DNA from: Octopus sinensis
Taxonomy: Eukaryota
Assembly: GCF_006345805.1 (NCBI RefSeq)
Contig: NW_021826308.1
Location: 1-13,283 of the forward strand
Direction of reading: 5' to 3'
Length of the DNA stretch: 13,283 nt
Below, piece after piece: positions 1 to 8,710 of the stretch (its first letter is position 1; each line of letters opens with the position of its first letter). The notes beneath the pieces were generated by a model, which searched no databases, was not told the DNA's origin, and saw only the letters and a list, made by a program, of their open reading frames with translations. A program made the translations under genes and the position numbers.

Positions 1-113
1 TTTTTTCCTCATAGAAGGCATCACAGCGCTGTATGAGTTGCGAAGCATGTCACCAACCATTACCATATGCAGAAATGCGAAGATATCAACTCAGCATAAT
101 TGTATTTTCACAG

Positions 114-200
114 AACCCTCATTACTGCGAAAAAGATATCGGGTTCGTAGAAGTAGTAGACCACTAATATATGAAGCTGATATCAAGCCGCTAGAAATCG
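114..200 (+). CDS. Candidate internal coding exon (87 nt, phase 1-1) of an unidentified gene
   Basis: Acceptor ttgtattttcacAG ends at 113 and donor ATCG|GTAAAT starts at 201. Only one frame is open, (E)PSLLRKRYRVRRSSRPLIYEADIKPLEI(G), which is part of track ORF 38-301. No protein family recognised. Confidence 0.3.
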
Positions 201-300
201 GTAAATATTGGACAAAGTATAATATAGTCAAGCTGGTACATGTGGAAATTATCCAACACAAGTTATACCAACATGGCAGAGACAGCAGAATGATGATCTG

Positions 301-730
301 AAAAGGCGGCAAGATGGCAGAAACGTTAGCACGCCGGGCGAAATGCGTCGCCGTATTTTGTCTACCGTTACGTTCTGAGTTCAAATTCCGCCGAGGTCGA
401 CTTTGCCTTTCATCCTTTCGGGGTCGATAAATTAAGTACCAGTTACACACTGGGGTTGATATAATCGACTCAATCGGTTTGTCTGTCCTTGTTTGTCTCC
501 TCTGTGTTTAGCCCCCTTGTGGGTTGTAAAGAAATAGGTATTTCGTCTGCGTTACGTTGTGAGTTCAACTTCCGCTGAGGTCGACTTTGCCTTTCATCCT
601 TTCGGGGTCGATAAATTAAGTACCAGTTACACACTGGGGTCGATATAATCGACTTAATCCGTTTGTCTGTCTTTGTTTGTCCTCTCTGTGTTTAGCCCCT
701 TGTTGGTAGTAAAGAAATAGGTATTTTGTC
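301..730 (+). mobile_element. tRNA-derived SINE (family A) with head-to-tail duplication of its ~184-bp body and tail
   Basis: Head aaggcggcaagatggcagaaacgttagc has an A-box-like TGGCAGAAACG and B-box GTTCAAATTCC, followed by core gaggtcgactttgcctttcatcctttcggggtcgataaattaagtaccag. Units start at 353, 538 and 721 (third only ~10 bp). Homologous copies elsewhere in the window. Confidence 0.9.
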
Positions 731-789
731 GATAACCAATTAATAGCAGTTTATGTGTTTCTTAAACTAAAGTCACCTCTTAATCGCGC

Positions 790-1120
790 AGATCAGTGAT
801 TAAAGACGTTCCAGTCATGACGGTCCCTTTCGTAATTCTGTGATTATACCGACCAGAACTGGACTAAAGAATGAGTACTTCATTTTTCTTTTGGCAAACG
901 GTGAGAATCATTTGAAAACAAGAATTAACAGCTATTTCTAGCATAGAGGTTTACCTCCTCGGCCTCCGTAACTATCACATACATTTTATTAAGCCATAGA
1001 GTACCTAGGATTCCATCATTTAATGCGTTCTTCTAATTTATAGGACGGCAGAGAGTAATTTGAGGGAGATTTATACGCTACTTCTAGTAGTCAGGGAGAC
1101 TTCGTAAAGCTCCCTTGGCA
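790..1120. repeat. Two degenerate same-orientation fragments of a probable interspersed repeat
   Basis: Weak internal similarity atttga..aga.tta..gcta(t/c)ttctag(c/t)a at ~905-945 and ~1055-1095. Resembles an octopus repeat from memory only. Confidence 0.3.
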
Positions 1121-1893
1121 ACTGTAACAAGTAGAAGTATGTTGTTATGAGTTGTAACATTTTCCCCTACAAATAATAACATCGTACTTGATCAAAATAT
1201 AAAGAGAGATTCCCTTGGCATTTTCAGCAATAATTTTTAACTGTCCACGACAGCCATTTACAATTAGAAAGCTGTGTTATTCGTGATTTGAATATGTTAA
1301 CCATGGACTCCGCACACTGGACAACAATAGAAATAGTCATATCTGGGGAGCAAGATCAAGTTTCTTAACGACTCTTCTAGCAGGGGGTGAATTGCTATTT
1401 TTACCATCCAAGTATAAAAGCAATGTCTCGTATGGAACTTCTACCGAACATTATACCTCATTATCACACTATAATTATATATAATGTAGTAATAATGAAG
1501 ATTCAATTGAGACTCAAAAGAAAAGATGTGAATTATAATCCTTTATAAGATTAGTTTTCCATCTTCCGACATATTGAACAATATGATATTGAAGAAGCTA
1601 CGTGAACGAATCTTTTTCCATTCTTATTCAAGATACAGGAAGCCTCAATTATAGAACATCAGAATAGAATATAGAGTTTAGAGTTACTGTCAGCTACAAA
1701 ACGAAACGGCTTCCTATAATATTGATCATTCACTATTAGCAATTGAACAGTAAATCTTTAGAGATGTATGATATGGTAATACATGTCAAGATTTGACAGT
1801 TTCGCTTTGAGACCGTTGATACTTGGGACCCGTCGAAATCTATTACAACACGTCCGCGCAGATATAACAGATGCGTAGCAATAATGCATATCT

Positions 1894-1916
1894 GTGCGTA
1901 TGTGTATGTATGTATG

Positions 1917-1977
<61 letters not shown>

Positions 1978-2075
1978 TTATACAGGCAATATTTTAACAC
2001 GTACACTTACATATATATACATATATGCATAAACATATTCTCATACATATATGAATATATATACATACATACATG

Positions 2076-2109
<34 letters not shown>

Positions 2110-2521
2110 TATACATACATATATACATATAGGCATTATTATATATACATATACATATATATATATACATACCTACATATATATACACACACAAAACACA
2201 CACACATATATATATATAATTCATTGCAGTTTAGGCACAAGACCACGAGATTTGAGGAGGTACATGCATACATACATATATATTTATGTATATATGTATA
2301 TATATATATGCATATATACACACACATACATATACATACGTATATTCGTTTCTCCTCTCTCCTCTCTCTCTCTCTCTGTGTATAAAAATATATATATTAT
2401 ATATTCATACAAATACCCATAAATATCCATATATATACATATATATATATATATTATATATATATATTATATATTACACACCACACATATATATATCCAT
2501 ATATTAAATATATATATATAT
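1894..2521. repeat. Compound (TA)n/(TACA)n/(CA)n/(CT)n microsatellite field
   Basis: Directly visible; pure (TA)n at ~1923-1970. Confidence 0.95.
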
Positions 2522-2921
2522 ATCCAAAGGGACAAGAACGCAAAACATTCAAATAGACGACACAAAAAACGGACGGGTCATTCGAAGCCTCTAATCTTCA
2601 GTATATGGGTATGACTCTATATCGCATCTGGCACCGCTGTTCTCTTTAGGGAGTTAAACAGTTTTGAGTAGTTATCGACCCCTAAATAGGGTCAGACCAT
2701 CCTTCTAGAAAAGGGACGCTTTAACATACCACCGGCGATTGTTTTTTTCCTCTGTCTTCCCTTCTCGGGATCTTTCCTTCTCCTATGTTTCCGACGAAGA
2801 GCTCTGCTCGAAACGTTAAACCCTCCTTGTCTTTCCTTTCTTTTCCTGAGCGTCCATAATGCTTTATTGTTCCACGTCCGGCGTTGTTGTGTTTTTTTTT
2901 TTTCTTGTTTGGATTTAACTT
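2522..2921 (+). mobile_element. Short Penelope-like (PLE) derived element, copy 1, flanked by (TA)n on both sides
   Basis: 2715-2921 is homologous to 3443-3648 and contains a hammerhead-like core. A degenerate G-T-L-x-x-x-G-L-N-like stretch at ~2630-2660 (needs frameshifts) is reminiscent of PLE GIY-YIG C-termini. The left arm 2522-2602 looks like an oppositely oriented element end. Confidence 0.6.
2787..2821 (+). ncRNA. Minimal type I hammerhead ribozyme motif (U4C variant, palindromic stem III)
   Basis: GUUU-CCGACGA-A-GAGC(UCU)GCUC-GAAA-CG-UU-AAAC: stem I GUUU/AAAC, core C(U>C)GANGA, 4-bp stem II, GAAA, self-complementary AACGUU, predicted cleavage after GUU at 2817. Confidence 0.65.
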
Positions 2922-3340
2922 ATATATATATATATATATATATAACCTGCATCTCAGGGATTGTTAGTCATGTTGTACCATCTTGTCACTAGGCATTCAC
3001 TATGGAGACTCTGTGGTACTTGTGTGTACCAGAAGCGTTTGTCACTTAATCCAATGACGCACAGATGTCTCTTTATGGTGACGTTATACGTCATTTCCTA
3101 TCTAATGACCTATGTTTGTGGAAGAGCGGCAACGTGTGCAGAATTACCAGTTTGAAATGCATAGTAACTTGGTCTGTCACCTATGCTCCAATCCATGCAG
3201 TTTTTTTGCAACGTGACTGAGTATCCATCTGAAGGGTCATGGCTGGAAGTCAGAAGTAGTATTGTCAACGAGGAGCACAAGAGACAACAATCATCACTGG
3301 AGATGGAGAAAACACCATTTATATATATATAATATATATA

Positions 3341-3382
<42 letters not shown>

Positions 3383-3442
3383 TTATATACATATATACAT
3401 ATATAATACGTATATTATATATATATATATACATATAAATGT

Positions 3443-3648
3443 GACGCTCGTGTATACCGTTGGCGATTTTTTTTCCCCTCTGTCTTCCCTTCTCTGGATC
3501 TTTCCTTCTCCTATGTTTCCGACGAAGAGCTCCGCTCGAAACGCTAAACTCTCCTTCTTTCCTGCTTTCCTGAGCGTCCAATAATACTATATTTGTTCCA
3601 CGTCCTCGCGTTGTTGTGTTTTTTGTGTTTTCTTGTTTGGATTAACTT
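3443..3648 (+). mobile_element. Short PLE-derived element, copy 2, flanked by (TA)n on both sides
   Basis: High similarity to 2715-2921, for example tctgtcttcccttctc.ggatctttccttctcctatgtttccgacgaagagctc.gctcgaaacg.taaac and the ending ttcttgtttggat(t)taactt. Confidence 0.75.
3515..3549 (+). ncRNA. Second hammerhead motif, probably inactivated (U16.1>C)
   Basis: GUUU-CCGACGA-A-GAGC(UCC)GCUC-GAAA-CG-CU-AAAC. Stems I and II are intact with a loop II change; the cleavage triplet is GCU instead of GUU. Confidence 0.5.
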
Positions 3649-3907
3649 TATATATATACACATATATATATGTGTGTGTGTGTGTCTGTGTGTTCGTATA
3701 CGTTTTTATCATATCTCTTATATGTAACGCATCTATGTAAATTGTATACTATGGAGAATTTCGATAATTTGAAATGGATTGAATGAATATACAACCGATC
3801 TTTGAAATTTGTTTCTTTCCTTCTTAATTTTATATATATGTAAATATACGCACACATATGTATATTTACATATTTAAATGTATATGTAAGTAAAGCCAAT
3901 TGTCGGA

Positions 3908-4035
3908 GACAGTGAAGCGCTGGATAAAAGACCTTACGAAAATCTCATTTGTTCGGACACTACGTGCAGAGTTCGAATGCCCTCGATGTGTAGCTTTAAA
4001 TTTCAACCTTCTGGTGGATCACTAAAAATGTTACC
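3908..4035 (+). mobile_element. Old diverged family A SINE fragment
   Basis: ctacgtgcagagttcgaatgccctcgatgtgtagctttaaatttcaaccttctggtggatcactaaaa parallels ttacgttctgagttcaaattccgccgaggtcgactttgcctttcatcctttcggggtcgataaa of 301-450. Confidence 0.45.
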
Positions 4036-4059
4036 TAGGGCAGTTGACTGACAGAACTG

Positions 4060-4368
4060 TTAAACAGGGGTCCCAGCTGCTACGATCAACGGAACAGCTT
4101 GCTCGTGAAATTAACGTGAAAGTGACTGAGCAATCCACAGACACGTGTACCCCTAACGTAGTTCTCAAGGAGATTCAGCGTGACACAAGAGTGTGACCAG
4201 GCCGGCCCTTTGAAATACATGTACAACTCATTTTTGCCAGCTGAGTGGACTTGGAGCAACGTGAAATAAAGTGTCTTGCTCAAGGACACAACGCATCGCC
4301 GGGAATTGAACTGACGACCTTACAATCGTAAGTCGAAAGCCCCTAACCAGTAAGCCACGCGCCTTCAC
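4060..4368 (-). mobile_element. Near full-length tRNA-derived SINE (family D)
   Basis: Minus-strand head gtgaaggcgcgtggcttactggttaggg has A-box at 4347-4357 and B-box AGTTCAATTCC at 4302-4312, followed by gtgtccttgagcaagacacttt. Its 3' region matches 6861-6917. Confidence 0.85.
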
Positions 4369-4757
4369 CAACAATAATTATAATGCCATAATGAAAGCGA
4401 TTAAAAATATGGTGGCGCTGGTAATTATGAATGGTAGAAGATATAATGAACGGAGTAATGATTATAAATGGGGAAATGATTATGAATAGGATAGTAATTA
4501 AATATATCTAATTACTATAAAATGGACACCAAGAATCGAAATAACGTCAATTGAAATTGTGTGAAAGGGTTTCAACTGGTGATATTTATATCGATAAACC
4601 GTTAGAATGAAGTTTTACAAATATATCATTGTTCGTACCAAACATTAGCTTTCAATGTTGTATTCATGTGTTAATCGGGATCTTTGCTGCAGCGCACAAA
4701 ACGAGCGCATGCGAAACAGATTTAACATATTTCTCCTTTAAAATTAAAACGACTAAG

Positions 4758-4800
4758 TTATTATTATTATTATTATTTATTATTATTATTATTATTATTA
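4758..4800. repeat. (ATT)n microsatellite adjoining poly(T) 4801-4828
   Basis: Directly visible. Confidence 0.95.
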
Positions 4801-5044
4801 TTTTTTTTTTTTTTTTTTTTTTTTTTTTGTACTTGTTTCATTCATTTGACTGCGGCCATGCTGGAGCACCGCCTTTAGAGTGGTAAGAGTACATCATGGA
4901 TCACCACATCCCGCCGGAGCCTCGTGGGCTTTTAGGTGTTTTTTTTTCGCTCAATAACACACACACAACGCCCCAGGTCTGGGAATCGAAACCGCGATCC
5001 TCCGACCGCAAGTCCGCTGCCCTAACACTAGCCATTGCGCCTCC
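4801..5044 (-). mobile_element. Full-length tRNA-derived SINE (family C) with a 28-nt poly(A) tail
   Basis: Minus head ggaggcgcaatggctagtgttagggcagcggacttgcggtcggaggatcgcGGTTTCGATTCC (A-box ~5021-5034, B-box 4982-4993). 3' tail aaaggcggtgctccagcatggccgcagtcaaatgaatgaaacaagtac, then A28 and (AAT)n. Confidence 0.9.
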
Positions 5045-5049
5045 AATTA

Positions 5050-5089
<40 letters not shown>

Positions 5090-5112
5090 GTATTATTATT
5101 ATTATCATTACT

Positions 5113-5272
5113 ATTCATAGTTTTTTTTTATATCGTGCGTTCTTCACGTTCACGTCCGAGCGCAGCTTTGTGTGCTTGGTAGGTGCTGTGGTTTGGTCTG
5201 ATGCTCTTGGGTACTGCAGGAAAGTGATTTGCATAGGATGTGTGCAGTGCCCATTAGTGCTATTTTCTGTAT
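5113..5272 (-). mobile_element. 3' end of an RLE-type non-LTR retrotransposon (R4/Dong-like), 5'-truncated
   Basis: Minus frame from 5272 reads IQKIALMGTAHILCKSLS, matching the QKxxLxGTAxIL(R)K C-terminal motif of restriction-like-endonuclease ORFs. A short 3' UTR runs into (AAT)n. Confidence 0.75.
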
Positions 5273-5294
5273 GATATATATATATATTTGTATA

Positions 5295-5338
<44 letters not shown>

Positions 5339-5354
5339 TATTATTATTATTATT
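5295..5354. repeat. (ATT)n microsatellite (another tract at ~5046-5112)
   Basis: Directly visible. Confidence 0.95.
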
Positions 5355-5489
5355 GAGTGAGTGAGAGAGCAGTGCATGTCATCAAAGCGACACTGGGATA
5401 AAATATACGAAGCCCAGTATACCCATTTAGACTACCCGTCTGATAAGGGTACTCTAGGCACATGCATCACAATCATATGTGCGCGACAG
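5355..5489 (-). mobile_element. Probable 3' UTR fragment of a non-LTR retroelement ending in (AAT)n
   Basis: GC-richer block whose minus-strand end ...atgcactgctctctcactcactca abuts (AAT)n. Recalled as a frequent octopus repeat; no coding motif. Confidence 0.5.
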
Positions 5490-6295
5490 GTCGGCTTTTA
5501 AGTTAGCTCCTGTGGAGGGCTCTTCATTGGGCATTGGGCCCAACAATAACACTTCAGGCACATATTAAATTTTTTTAAACGTGAACAATAGTTTTCAAGC
5601 AATTAACCTATTTCATCAAAATAATGATAAAATTTGAGGGTTGGAATTTATTGCAAAGCTGCATGATAAACATATTTTGTCTTCCCATTCGGGGTCAGTA
5701 CAGATAGATTGTTTCTATTCTCTACCTTTGAACAACCAACATATACATGGCCGTAGGCAACAATAAACTTAACTTTAAAAGTTCATCGATAACTTTTTTC
5801 CGCCGCCACTTAACTTACAGACTAATTGATATACGTTGGGCCTTACTTTTCGTAAAAACAATTATTTGTAGTAGCTGGACGTATCTAAACTCCTGTTCTT
5901 CGTTCGAAAGAAAATTACACCACTATCGCTAAACACTATTTTAAAGTACGATTTTTCGAGTTTGGAATTGTTCTAAACGTATCTGAACATAATGATGTTT
6001 GAAATTTAGTATTCTTTTAGTGTTTTTAAGGTAATAATGAAATTAGTCGAATCTATTTTCATGCAGTCGGATGCGTTAAGTTTCCATAAATCCGACGGCC
6101 GATGGCATGAAAATAAGTCCGACAAATTTTATCAATATCTGAAAGAATTCTAGGTTTCCAACATTCTTATGGTAGAGCGTTATGAGAAGTAATATTGTAT
6201 GAGAAAGTGAGTTGAAGACGTATTTCTGTTCCGAACGTTATGAAACACATGTTTTGGTTAAATTACTTGATACAGTTATAATAGTGTTTATTTTA

Positions 6296-6683
6296 ATAGA
6301 CCTTTATTCTCTAGAAAAACGACGACGCCGTGGTGATCTCATTCTCGTTAACAACATCATAAGCGGAAAGTGTATACTCTCGAAAGAGCTGTTCTTCACT
6401 ACTGCTCCAGAGTGTCGGCTGCGGGGTCATTCCGAAAAGCTCTATCTGCGACGATCTCATCTCAATCGAAGGAGAGGGGTTTTCTCCGTCTGGGTTGCGG
6501 ATCCGTGGAATAAGCTGCCGGACGAGATAGTGAAGATGCCGACGACCGCTCGGTTCAAAGTCTCTCTTGACCAGAAATGGCCTGAAATCTTTGCATGAAC
6601 ACCCTCCTTGTACATAACTCCATGTCCTCCTACATGGCCTTGCTTTCTGCTTTTTGAGCCAAAAAATTAACTTAACTTAACTT
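6296..6683 (+). mobile_element. 5'-truncated CR1/L2-group LINE: ORF2 C-terminus, 3' UTR and (CTTAA)n tail
   Basis: Frame of ORF 6212-6598 reads DLYSLEKRRRRGDLI...FF...RLRGHSEKL...RRGVFSVWVADPWNKLPDEIV...FKVSLD, the classic CR1-type ORF2 end. Stop at 6596-6598; tail attaa-cttaa-cttaa-ctt at 6666-6683. Confidence 0.9.
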
Positions 6684-6840
6684 TTGGAAATACTTATAAT
6701 ATTTAGAGAAAAATTTTGGTCTAAATATAAGAGCTACGCGTTATTCGTACGTGTTTCGGCAACGCGAAAAAGAATGACCTTGCCTAGGTCGTCATGAGTC
6801 ACATGATAGCGGGAGGAGAGTAACAGAGGAAGAGAGAGAA

Positions 6841-6944
6841 AGGAAATTACGTAAGGAGCACGCGCGTCTGTGGTGTGCTCAGCCACTTGCACGTTAATCT
6901 CACGAGCAAGCTGTTCCCACGTCTACGTAACGACAGGGCGCCAG
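6841..6944 (+). mobile_element. 3' fragment of family D SINE (or of its partner LINE)
   Basis: 6861-6917 matches the reverse complement of 4091-4147 at 50/57 nt (manual count). Confidence 0.8.
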
Positions 6945-6945
6945 T

Positions 6946-6989
6946 ATATTTATATATACATGCATATATGTAGGTATGTATGCATTTGA

Positions 6990-7034
<45 letters not shown>

Positions 7035-7552
7035 GAGAGAGAGAGATTATTTGCAGACATAAATAGATCAATAAATATATTGAGGAACAACACAAAAAAC
7101 AAATATTGCTGAAAATAAGAGATAGTCACATACACAGGCATATTATCAAGGCATACTCTTAAATATAGAAATATAGATATTTACTATTCAATAATTTATA
7201 CGCACCACACCGCATACACATGTGCTTATATATGTATTTATATATATATATATATATAATATATATGCCATAAACATATGTATACGTACATATGTATACG
7301 TATATATATATGATATATATATATATATATATACATATATATGTATGTATATGTATCTATATATATATATCTGTATGTACATATGTATCTATATATGCGT
7401 GTATATGTTTATACATATGTAAATACACACACACATATACATGCGTATATACATTTTTCATATATTCATACTCCACACACACAGGCAGACACTCATATAC
7501 ATCTGTATAATACATATTTAATATCTGTTATGAATATCACAATATATGTAAC

Positions 7553-7584
<32 letters not shown>

Positions 7585-7660
7585 CGTTTGTGTGTCTCTG
7601 TCTGTGTGTATGTGTGTTAATGTGTGTATATGTATATATATATATGTGTGTGTATGTGTG
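6946..7660. repeat. Compound (TA)n/(GA)n/(TG)n microsatellite fields
   Basis: Directly visible at ~6946-7046 and ~7200-7660. Confidence 0.9.
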
Positions 7661-7981
7661 AAATATAGATATATGCAAACAGGGGATGGGAAATTGATTG
7701 AGCAATGAATTATAGATATATTTTGATGTAGTGTGAGATAAATATTTAGACAAAGTCAACGGCAGATAGTAGGGCTAGAGCAGCCGTACAGCCGGTGAAA
7801 TGGAGTGTTATATACAGATTAAGAGATAAATATATAATCAGATAGATGGCGAAAATTGATTAATGTACAGAAATTTGATAGCGAGTTAGATTTATAGAAA
7901 GAAATAGAAACAAAGGTTATGCAAACGGAAATACGAGTAATATGAATACAGAAAGCGAATATACGTAACTTGCAAACAAAG

Positions 7982-8019
7982 ATGGCGTTCTGTCGATTGA
8001 GCTGCAATCGAAACGATTT
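7982..8019 (+). other. Possible first coding exon (MAFCRLSCNRND...)
   Basis: aacaaagATGGCG start context followed 38 nt later by GTAAGT (8020-8025). Signals only, no homology. Confidence 0.2.
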
Positions 8020-8041
8020 GTAAGTGGCTAGGCACGCCATT

Positions 8042-8500
8042 TTGTGTTAGTCATTTGTTTTTTCTTTCCCAATGCCAGTGGTTTTAGAGGGAGGATTAGT
8101 CGATTATATAGGCCTCAGTACTTGGCCAATACGCTATTTTACCGCTCCCAAAACAATGGAAGACAAATCTGATCTCGGCGGCATTTGAACTCAGAAATGT
8201 AAAAACCAGGAAGAAATCTCGCTACGCATTATGTCTGACTTGCTAACATTTCTGCTGACCCGTCACCAGATCTTGTGTTAGTCATTTGGCTTTTCTTTCA
8301 CGAGGCCAGTGATTTTAGAGGGAGGGTTAGTCGATAACATCAGACTCAGTAATAGGCCAATACCCTATTTTACCGCTCCCAATGGAAGACACATCTGATC
8401 TCGGCGACATTTGAATTCAGAAATGAAAAAAAAAAACAGGAAGAAATGTCGCTAAGCATTATGTCTTACTTGCTAACATTTCTGCTAACCCGTCGCCCTC
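8042..8500 (-). mobile_element. Tandem pair of diverged family A-related SINEs (period ~231 bp)
   Basis: ttgtgttagtcatttg occurs at 8042 and 8273. Both units carry atctgatctcggcg.catttgaa.tcagaaatg (B-box region) and acttgctaacatttctgct.acccgtc.cc (head). Confidence 0.85.
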
Positions 8501-8547
8501 ATATTTCTGAACAACAGTTACGAAATATAGCACAGGAGAAAAAGTTT

Positions 8548-8686
8548 CGCGATAATCGACCCTAGTGCTTGACTGGTACTTATTTAATCGCTCCCGAATG
8601 GATGAAAGGCAAAGTTTGGTTTGGTGGCGTTTGAAATCAGAAGGTGACGAGCTGGAAAATAAAAGCGTTAGGGATTTTGTCCGAAT
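8548..8686 (-). mobile_element. Diverged family A SINE
   Basis: aatcgaccctagtg...actggtacttatttaatcgctcccgaatggatgaaaggcaaagt is the reverse complement of the family A core. Confidence 0.75.
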
Positions 8687-8710
8687 TGCAAAGAATTATC
8701 TTATCTTCTA

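Noticed and set aside
91-450. 119-aa minus-strand ORF
   Set aside because: Its start half is antisense SINE sequence; no recognisable protein.
353-730. CRISPR-like or prokaryotic defence array
   Set aside because: Repeats are contiguous ~184-bp SINE-derived units without spacers, and the DNA is eukaryotic.
1736-2507. Track ORFs rich in YI/IY/HT/CV (also 3294-3899, 6950-7759, 9275-9959, 13006-13218)
   Set aside because: Stop-free translations of (TA)n/(CA)n microsatellites; no coding signal.
2581-2601. Second hammerhead on the minus strand (CUGAAGA...GAA)
   Set aside because: No convincing stem II, A15.1 is missing and there is no stem I; not supportable as a ribozyme.
2960-3100. Minus-strand peptide VTIKRHLCVIGLSDKRFWYTQVPQSL resembling a mariner transposase WVP region
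   Set aside because: No terminal inverted repeats, no catalytic DD34D motifs on that strand, and similarity too weak.
4975-5044. tRNA gene-like sequences here and at 4295-4368 and 9055-9117
   Set aside because: They are SINE heads: acceptor stems are incomplete and they continue into SINE bodies.
6212-6295. N-terminal part of ORF 6212-6598 as a cellular gene
   Set aside because: LINE similarity starts only at ~6296; the upstream codons are flanking DNA open by chance.
6733-6860. CpG-rich patch with AP-1 (TGAGTCA 6795-6801) and TTACGTAA (6847-6854) motifs
   Set aside because: Short motifs expected by chance; one lies inside a SINE fragment; no promoter context.
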